Assembly (NCBI RefSeq): GCF_009914755.1
Contig: NC_060935.1
Source: the human T2T-CHM13v2.0 reference genome, Homo sapiens
Reading direction: 5' to 3' (one strand)
Length of the DNA: 64,000 nucleotides
Both the position numbers and the translations under genes were made by a program. This document shows, piece by piece, positions 53,791 through 64,000 of this stretch (the first letter of the stretch is position 1; each line of letters starts with the position of its first letter). Below the pieces are notes generated by a model that was given only the letters and a program-made list of their open reading frames with translations, had not been told where the DNA came from and searched no databases.

Positions 53791-53800
53791 CAATTCTTAC

Positions 53801-53934
53801 CTCTGGTCAGGTGACGCACACATCTCTGCATAATACTTTATCTTTGGTTCTGTTCCGCTTGTCCGAAGGGTAGCAACACAGCCATTTTGAAAAGTAAATG
53901 TAATCATTTGGCTGTTTTTACTCACAGGCAGCAC
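53801..53934 (-). CDS. PGM2L1: PGM2L1 exon 13 ([45 protein letters not shown]), phosphate-binding loop
   Basis: gcatag|G and AG|GTAAGA; 134 nt; RxSGTEPKxKxY motif. Confidence 0.96.
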
Positions 53935-54009
53935 CTATGCAAAATGGCAACAACAGCTTAATTATACTTGGCATCTTTTTCATTTTCTTTCATTTTCAAG
54001 AATTGTAAA

Positions 54010-54290
54010 ATATAGTCCACTTATATGAGGTATCTAAAGTCGTCAAATTTACAGAAATAGAAATTAGAATGGCAGTTGCCAAGGCAGGGGGTATAGGGAG
54101 TTATTGCTTAAAGGATAGAGAGTTTCAGTTTAGCAAGATGAAAAAGTTCTAGAGCTCTGTCGCACAACAATATAAATATACTTAACACTACCGAACTATA
54201 CACTTAAAAATGGTTAAGATAGTTAATTTTTGTTATGTGTTTTTTTAACCACAATTGAAAATTTAAAACATATTTTAAAAGAATTATAAA
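54010..54290 (+). mobile_element. L1MA/MB 3' end fragment
   Basis: CAAGATGAAAAAGTTCTAGAG...GAACTATACACTTAAAAATGGTTAAGAT. Confidence 0.7.
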
Positions 54291-56635
54291 ATACAAATGA
54301 AGATTACCTATATGTAATAATTCATAAACGTACCATTTACTGAATAGTTAAGGCATGGGGTTATATACCTCAATGCATGATCTCTGGGCCTCAACAATAA
54401 TCCTGCAAAGTAAGTGTTACCGCCATTTTACAGACGAGGCTCAAAGAGAGTAAACAACCCGTTCAAGACAATCAACTAAGTGGTAGAACAAGAAGCAGAA
54501 GCCAAGTTCCAAAGTCCAAACTGCCTCTATATTTGCGAAGCATTTTTGCAGTTTATCAATCGTCTCCAAAGAGGAGTGCACACATCCTGCATGTACTGGG
54601 GTGCAGAAAGAACTCTATTTTTTATAAAAATTAAAAAAAGAAGTGATGTTTTACTGACACTAAATATATGGATTAACACTGGTACTCTTGCTAGTCCACA
54701 CATCCGTCTGTTGAGGCATCTCGAGGGGACTGTGAGGGTTGTACTAGGCCAGAGGGGTTGACACTGGTACCTTTCCTCAGCTGTCCTGAGCCATGAGTCC
54801 TGTCCTTGAGACCCTTCTCTTGGTCAGTACATTACCATATACCAGTGACTTAACACAGAGATCTTCCCTTCTTTTTCACCCACAGCCCATAAAGTAGCAA
54901 GTCCTTTCTATACTTTATTTAACTCAACTTTATCCAGTTCTTTCCATCACTGCTCCTATATTGAATTCAGGTGACCATCACACCTCATCTAGACTGCTGA
55001 CACAGTGTACTAACTGATCTTCCTGCCTGGAAGTTTGCCCCTCAAAACCCACTCATCATGCAGGCCATTCTTCTCACCTCATACTCCAGTTATAGACAAC
55101 TACCTGTGGTTCTCTGAAAGAGAATATGCTTTTTCATCTCTGGACCTTGTACTTACTGTTCCCTTTGCCTGAAACACCCTCTGCTCCTCCTGCATCTGGC
55201 CAACTCCTAATCATACTTGGGAACTCAGTTCAGAACAGTTCTCTAGAAAGTCTTGCATAAGCCCCCAAAGTCTCTTCCATGACATCCTATGCATGCCTCC
55301 CCTGGTAGCACTTATCATTTTGTAAATTGCTATTTACTTGTCAATTTCCCCACTAGACTTTTTCTTGAGTGCAGTGTTTTTGTCATTGCTATATTCCTAG
55401 TGTACCTGTGCCTGCAGCACAGAAGGACTCTGATAAGTGAATATACACAGATGAACATCAATTAATCTGAAACATGGAAAAGAGAGAATTCAGGAAGGCT
55501 TTGACACTTACTATGCAACCTTGGGGATAACAACATCTATGCTACCTACCTTACAAACTTGTTGTAAGAACCAGAAGAGAATAGATGAAAAAGCACCCTG
55601 AATAATGAATATTATACACTTTAACGAGAATTAAGAGGGAGAAAAGCATTATACCATAGGCTACTTGAGCACAGCAAACTAGAGAAATAAAAAGAAGCAA
55701 AATGTGATTCTTCTCTTCCAGCAATTTACAAAGATAGAAAAGTAGACACATATATACTCATACACAGGATATCAACACCAGGAACTAATATTTGTTGATT
55801 GGATAAATATGCAAAAATGGAATATGGGTACTATTCTACACAATAAACTACAGATTTTCCAAAATACATTATGTCCCCAGAATCTTGAGACCACATCAGA
55901 ACATTACAAATGGAAATTTGGGCTAATAATCATCACAACAACAATAACAAAATGAATATAATCAGCATCTATGGCATTTAAGTATTTGTTGAGCAGCCAC
56001 AACATAGGCAGCAACTTGGTGAGGCAAAAAAGTACATCAGAAAGGAACATGCCATGTACAACACAATGATGACATAAAACAGTAATAGGAGGAAGGCACA
56101 CTATGTAATGAAACCTGAAGAGGAAGGTGTCTAATTATGAGGCCTAGAGGTCGCGTGGAACAGGTGACATTTGCCTTAAGTCTTATAGTAGCTGAGGTAT
56201 GGGCCTGTAGAAATTGGAAAAATGGGTAAACTAAGGAAACAACTGGACCAAAAATGCAGAAATTTAAAAAAAATGTATACATGTAGGTAAGTAAGTAAGC
56301 TGTTCTATTTGGCTGGAGGTATAGGGAATAACGTTGGAAAAGGAAGTTAAAATTAGAAAGATGTATGGCTTTGAAATTATAGGCTTTTACAGTTATTTTC
56401 AACATTATCTAGCATCCTTGCCCATTTTCTCTTTTTCTTTCTCTCTCTCTGCCCCCACCTCCATTCCACACATCTTACCCTGAGGGTAGTATACATGATT
56501 ATTTGGGAAGTGATAAGGATAGGATCAAAGTCAGAGAGATAAGTTAGCAGACTGAAAAATGCTCTGGAGCAAAACAATGGGTTCTAGTCTTAAGGAAACT
56601 CACAGGCCTGAAGTTTCACCATTTTATTATAGTAT

Positions 56636-57500
<865 letters not shown>

Positions 57501-57792
57501 GTATGAATTATAATAAACTGTTAAAAACTTTTTTTTTAAGTATTTACAGGAGCTTCCAGCTTGGTAAACACGTGGACTTGCTGGGAGGCTCCAGGCCCCA
57601 ACCCCACCCCTAGTACATTGCCCTATACATCTCTTCCATCTGGCTGTTCCAGAATTGTCACCTTTATAATAAACTGGTAAACATGAGGAAACTGGATTGA
57701 ATCTCATGTGAAATCTGTCCTGCCTCTGGACTTTTTGGTGACATGAGCCATGAAATTTTCTAAATTGTTTGGAAAAAAAAAAAGGTACTTAC

Positions 57793-57982
57793 TGATTTCT
57801 TATTAGGCTGGCTACTGTCATATCCAGTGGTAATGTCCCGTACATGCAATATAGCAAATGTTCCACAAAATTTTGGATATTCTTTTGGAGAATCAAAATT
57901 ACGAAGCCTTTCAAATATACTTTTGATGGTAGGTGGTTCATAACACAAGAAATAGGAAGTTTTTGAAATATGATAACCATAT
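57793..57982 (-). CDS. PGM2L1: PGM2L1 exon 12 (YGYHISKTSYFLCYEPP...RDITTGYDSSQPNKKS)
   Basis: gcacag|A and TCA|GTAAGT; 190 nt. Confidence 0.96.
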
Positions 57983-58216
57983 CTGTGCAAAGATTCAAAG
58001 TGCTAAAATTAGATTTCAGATAACTCTTTAAAAAAGCATATATTAAGGAAGATCAGCCTACTATGGTATTTTATACAAAGTGGCAGTCCTTAATTCACAT
58101 AATTTTAATACTTTTTAAAAAAGGATCAACTATTCTTCAGAAACAAATTTAGAAAACTAAGGGTAGGACAATAAAAGAAAAATCTAGCATGTGAAATTCA
58201 TAATAGTAGAACTTAC

Positions 58217-58346
58217 TTTTCATAAACCTTAACCAGTTGCTGTTTCAATGTTATATTCATGGTTTCCAGGTAAGATGCCATCTCAGCAACCACAACAGCT
58301 GCACTCACCCCATCTTTATCCAAAACTGAAGTTCCACAGAGAAAAC
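58217..58346 (-). CDS. PGM2L1: PGM2L1 exon 11 (FLCGTSVLDKDGVSAAVVVAEMASYLE...KVYE/K)
   Basis: ctcag|G and AA|GTAAGT; 130 nt; DKDG motif. Confidence 0.95.
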
Positions 58347-58654
58347 CTGAGGATTGAAAACCATCACTAGAAAAGAGGAAAACTTAAGGCTATAATTTCA
58401 ATAGTTTTACATTTCTTCAGAAGGACCAGGAAATTTAAAAGCCTAGTAATAGATGAAACTCATCAATACTGAGTGTATTTAGGGGACACTTTCGTTCTTT
58501 TTTTTTTCTGATAAGAAATGTATCTACATATTTCTCATTCTCTGTAGTTTTTACAACTCAAAATATGAAACCAGAACACAAAAAACTCCTCCTACAGAAT
58601 TACATTTTAAAAATTATCAATCAAATTTTGAATATTTTAATATTTACTACATAC

Positions 58655-58748
58655 CAATAGACTCTTCAAATGCAAAAAGGACTTCTTTCCCATTTTCCAG
58701 GAGGTCTATTATCCTACTTCCAATCCATTTAAAACCTGGTAATGTTTC
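58655..58748 (-). CDS. PGM2L1: PGM2L1 exon 10 (ETLPGFKWIGSRIIDLLENGKEVLFAFEESI/G), sugar-binding loop
   Basis: ttcag|G and G|GTATGT; 94 nt; GFKW and FEESIG motifs. Confidence 0.96.
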
Positions 58749-59074
58749 CTGAAATGCAGAGGAGGCCACTCTAGTTAAGTGACTGTCTCACAAATACCTA
58801 TTAGAGAAAAATCTGCCACTACATGCACACAACGTTCATATAATGATCCTTACTATAGTCTTCAGTCCACAAAGATTTATACAGTAGCAGACATATAGTA
58901 ATGAAGGGCCATAAATACACACACTGCTACTACTAATGACCTACTATTTACAGATTATAGTACTAGGTGATTTACACCAAATATAAACCAGCATTTATAA
59001 GTGGTGCTTCATGTAGTCACAAAGTAACATGAATAAGCACATACAGTATAATCAGTATAATCACCTACTATTAA

Positions 59075-59441
<367 letters not shown>

Positions 59442-60799
59442 TGAAACACAGCCTTGAAAGATAAGTCAATCTGCCCAAAATTATACTGCATATAAGAGAT
59501 GGAGTCAAGATTCAATTTCAAGTTTCTGCTTCTCAGAAACTGTCCTTTAAGCTATATTACAACCACTAATATAAGAGTGCCTACGAAAGTTGGTGGATTT
59601 ACTCTCCCTGAGTAATCAATGAAAGGTCATGAAGCTTTTTAGTGATGCACTTTTAATATTAGCATAACATAAGCTTGAACCAAGTGTACCTTCTCATAAC
59701 ACTGTGTCCTAACTATTAATAAAACCACCAAGACAGTTACTAACTACTTCTTTAAATAATTAGATTTGAGGACTTTTCATCTAATGAGCTACTGTTCACT
59801 TTAAAGACACAGAAAGAGTTTCAGAGTCAACAGAAAGAGTATGTGATACACCCTAATACTAAAGCTCACCATTACTAACTTGTTTCCTAATTCACCTTTC
59901 TACCTCCTTACTACAAAATAAAAATTAAAAAGTCAAAAACCTCCCTGCTACAACAAAAACAAGCAAATAAAATTATAATAGTGGTCTTTAGAATTGTTCT
60001 TCTTTCTCTTTTGTGCCCATTATACTTCTTCTTGCTATAGACATAAACTAGGAAAACATCAGAATCTTAGGTGTGAATCAACTTTCAGTATCTTCTATTT
60101 TGCTATTTGTGTTTTAGAAAGCATAAGGTTGAAAGCTCTATTTCATAAAGCCAGGTACAATTTTCTTTTACTCAGTCAATTAGTGTTAAGACCTGTAGCC
60201 TGACTATGGCTCAAGAAAAATGTCCAGGGACATTTTCACTGATATTTGGCAAAGATGGCAGAGAAAAAGCAATTTAGTTAACATGGCTGCAAAAATGGTC
60301 AGCTTAAGGGTCTTAAGGTCATAAGGTTAATGATCTGGGCTGAGAGAGAGCCACTGCTTGTTTTTTTGGATGTAGGATCATTGGGTTTACTATGCAATTT
60401 AGAAGACTACTTGAAGTTCCTTAAGACCATGCTTGAAGAGCCTGAACAAGGGGTTGATGACACCTACAACTTTTTGGAGAGAAGTCTGAGTTACTGATGG
60501 GGTCACCAGGAGCTATATTTTCCCTGTCTGAAAACCAGATATTTGTTGTACAGAATAATAAGTATTAATGTAATTTTTAAAGAATATCTCATCTTAGTCC
60601 CAGAAATTCATATACGGTACTGGATGAATTTTGGCTCAAGGTGTCTAAATTATCAAAAGAGACTGAACAAGTGTTAACAGAATTAGAAAAATAAGGGAAT
60701 TACAAATGAAATCAATGAAAGTCAGTCTTGGTGGGGAGATGTCTTTAACATACAGAAATAGGTTTTAAAAAGTAGCACACAGATATTATTGATTCTTAC

Positions 60800-60980
60800 T
60801 TCAAAATGAAATCCTTCTTTAAGTGCAATTGCCTTCAGAATTTTAGAAGAGACTGTGGTGGCTAACATATAAACGTTCTTCACATCAGCATTTCTTGATT
60901 TATTTTTCTTCCAGCAATCAAACATCCACCATCCAAACAAAGCTGCCAACTCATTCCCTGTGAAAACTTTCCAACAACCA
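60800..60980 (-). CDS. PGM2L1: PGM2L1 exon 9 (GCWKVFTGNELAALFGWW...KEGFHFE)
   Basis: ctacag|T and GAA|GTAAGA; 181 nt, in phase. Confidence 0.96.
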
Positions 60981-61323
60981 CTGTAGAGAGAAGGAAAATA
61001 CAATGTCAAGACCTTTCTTCTCATTAAAACTTCTTGACTCCAAGGCCTAAAAATTACCATCCTTCAGTTAGGAAAAATCAAAAACTATCATATGGGATTT
61101 TTGAGAAAACATTTATTACTACTTCTTTTCTAACTGACCAGGGGTGATTTTACGGTAGGAATGGTACAACGTCTTTTGGAAAATTATTATATCATTACAT
61201 TTATTCTTTTACTTAATGAGAGAAAAAATTATGATAAATAATTAAGCCTTTCTATTTAAGGACATTTGTCACATTATAATGGTAAAAATACATAGCAGCC
61301 CAGAGGACTAAGATTAGGAAATA

Positions 61324-61640
61324 GGTGGCTCATGCCTGTAATCGCAGCACTTTGGGGGGCCAAGGTGGGAGGATCACCTGAGGTCAGGAGTTCGAGACCA
61401 GCCTGACCAACATGGCAAAACCCTGTCTCTACTAAAAATACAAAATTAGCCAGGCATGGTGGCACATGCCTGTAGTCCCAGCTACTTAGGAGGCTGAGGC
61501 AGGAGAATAGCTTGAACCTGGGAGGCAGAGGCTGCAGTGAGCCAAGATAGCACCATTGCACTCCACTCCAGCCTAAGCAACAAGAGCGAAACTATGTCTC
61601 CAAAAAAAAAAAAAAAAAAAAAAGCAAACAAACAAACAAA
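61324..61640 (+). mobile_element. AluS (short 5' truncation)
   Basis: Flanks AAGATTAGGAAATA / AAGGTTAGGAAATA. Confidence 0.9.
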
Positions 61641-62058
61641 AAGGTTAGGAAATAACTACATCATAAAGCGATCTGTTGGGATATTATGTCTTTGTAAAAA
61701 TTAATATTTTCAAAAAATGTATAAAGTCAGGGGAAAATGCTTACACTGTAAGCATTATACTTAACCATTACACTGTAAGCAGTTTTTGAAGCATTTTGTA
61801 CAATTAATGTGGAAAATAATCAAGATATAAAACTATGATCATAATTTAATAAAAACAAATACATCTTTAAATATTTCAATTTAAAAGACAGGAAAGAATT
61901 ATCAAAGTATCAACTTAGGTGGTTATTTCGGGATAATGGATTTACAGGAAATTTATGTTCTTTTCTTATCTTTTCATTATTTTCAATGAGCCTGTAAGAC
62001 TTAAAATACATTGCTTTTCAAAGTTCAAGCTTTTAATCAAATAACAGATTCTACATAC

Positions 62059-62156
62059 TTCTCCTGAAGTTCTGCTGCTGCCAGTCTGTCTGCATCAGGA
62101 TCTGTGGCTAGCACTACCCGGGCATTTTCTTTCTCTGCCAGTCTCAAGGAAAGTTC
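62059..62156 (-). CDS. PGM2L1: PGM2L1 exon 8 (ELSLRLAEKENARVVLATDPDADRLAAAELQE/N), metal-binding loop
   Basis: ttcag|G and AA|GTATGT; 98 nt; DPDADR motif. Confidence 0.96.
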
Positions 62157-62474
62157 CTGAAACAGTGACCCAAAAAGCTGGATTGTACTGAAGAACCTAA
62201 GTTCAATGTTAATGTTCCTGTATGTAGGCACAATGTTAGTGATAGGAATTTTAGAAGGCATAGAATTCAGCTACGTTTAAAACAAGAAGCCAAAAGTAGG
62301 GACACCCACCATAGACATTTCAAACAAAACACAGCCTATTATTACTCCAATACAATTAAAAGATGTAAACTACAGTCCTTTCTGCTTTTGTAAGTAATCT
62401 TTGAATTGTCAATGAGTTCTATCTATTCTGATGGTTTAATAAACTAATAATAATTTAAATATTTAAAAAAATAC

Positions 62475-62664
62475 CAGCACAGATTCTCCTTCTTCAGGAT
62501 TTGGACATTTAACGGTAGAAAAGTCTGGATCAGGATCTTTTTGTTCTGGTACTGGAATTGGAGGCTTAAAACCAAACACTTTAAAAGCCAACTGCACATA
62601 GTCATGTCCGACCCCATGAAAAGATGTGTGCACAAATTTCAAGGTGGTCTTCGAGTTTAACTCC
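62475..62664 (-). CDS. PGM2L1: PGM2L1 coding exon (exon 7 if 14 exons; ELNSKTTLKFVHTSFHGVG...CPNPEEGESVL); gene continues beyond right edge
   Basis: ttacag|G acceptor and CTG|GTATTT donor; 190 nt; alpha-D-phosphohexomutase HTSFHGVG and DPDFxTVxxPNPEE motifs. Confidence 0.95.
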
Positions 62665-64000
62665 CTGTAAAGGAAAATCAACATAAGATCATGATTACAA
62701 AACCTCTTACCTTTGATATAATTAAAAACAATCAAATTCTGATTTGAAAATGTGATTAAATGTGATTTAAGCCTTCAGCAGAGGTCTAAGATATTCAAAC
62801 AAACAAATCAAGAGTACTAACTTAAAGATCAAGAGTTTTAATTCAACAGCATTCTCCCTTTGTGGCTCAACTTCCTGACCTGGACAGCTGCCTTCCATAT
62901 GCTGTGCCAATACCCTGAACAAGCTAAGCTTGTATCATCTAAGTAAATATTATCTCTCACTAGACCATCACAAACACTTCCTAACTGGTCTTTCTCGCTT
63001 GCCAGTAGACCCCTCGTTTCTTCACTTCCAGTTTAGATTGCAAAGTACCTAATTACACTCACCTTCTTATATGTCAGTCTGGCTACTTTGACCCTCCAAT
63101 ACCCCAAATCTTGTTGAACCCAAATGTGTTCCTTTTCCAGGCTTGCACCAAAATAGTTGAATATTGCTAGAATAAATCTCACAAAAGGATTGAACAGCTT
63201 CACTCTGAATGGATACCCAATGCTGCCAGGCAATCCTACTTTGTTACCCAGAAAGCTTACTTTTTTACTCTCCAAGATGGTGACTTAATTAGTACCTTCT
63301 CTTCTCTCCTTATTCCTTTCCTCCCCCTTCACCTCATACATCACTCAGACACAGAGCCATTTGATGGGAACTTCCTAATCGTCCCACACCAAACCGACAA
63401 CCCATATTTTTTCCTTCTTCCATCTGATAATAACGAGGAGGTGTTCTTTGTATCAAAGGTCAACCCCTCTACTTCTGCTCTGGTCCCCATCAATTCTCAC
63501 TTGAGAACTTTAGTACATGGATAATTCTCTCTCGCCGGCATCATTTCCATTAGCATCTAGTCTCTGTTTCTTTGGTCTTTTCCACAGCAAAACTTTGTAC
63601 ATCCTAACCTACCATTTACTAACTATTCCCCATAAAAAATACAATTTATTATAAGATAAATAATAAAAATAAAGTTATGACAATTTTCAAACATATGCAT
63701 AGGAAGACAGAATATCTAACACCATATACCCATTACCTCACTTCAATATGTTTCCATTGTCTGTCAATCTAGTCTCATTTATTCAAGATATATTACTTTA
63801 CATGAAAATGCTTTAGTATTTAGAAACATAACCATATTACCATCATTACATCTAACAAAATCAACAATAATTTCTTTCCTCTAATACCGTATCTGTGTTC
63901 AAATTTTCCCCAAGTGTCTCAAAAATACTTTTAACAGTTGTTTTACTTGAAGCAGGACCTGAACGAGGTTCCATATAATTTGACTGCTATGCCTCTCAAG

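Overview
Human (hominoid) genomic DNA that I recognise from the encoded proteins as the chr11q13.4 P4HA3-PGM2L1 region. Both genes lie on the minus strand. P4HA3 (prolyl 4-hydroxylase alpha-3) contributes its CpG-island promoter (~26.7-27.3 kb) and coding exons 1-7 (370 codons); the gene continues off the left edge. PGM2L1 (glucose-1,6-bisphosphate synthase) contributes its last eight coding exons, the stop at 51985 and a ~6.3 kb 3'UTR ending near an AATAAA at 45661. All exon boundaries were read from GT/AG sites and keep the reading frame. The rest is rich in transposons. The most informative structures are: (1) a TSD-flanked L1PA3/PA4 in P4HA3 intron 4 whose 5'UTR is precisely spliced (SpIRE 97/622 type) yet keeps the 129-bp ZNF93 segment; (2) a full-length SVA carrying a ~65-bp 3' transduction with its own poly(A) signal and second tail; (3) a MER41-family solo LTR with a GAS-type motif in PGM2L1 intron 12; (4) a ~54-bp duplication and a short motif array in P4HA3 intron 1 that I cannot assign to a known repeat. 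I found no evidence for a wholly new protein-coding system; the other long ORFs are explained by repeats or GC content. Repeat subfamily names come from recalled consensus sequences, not from alignments.
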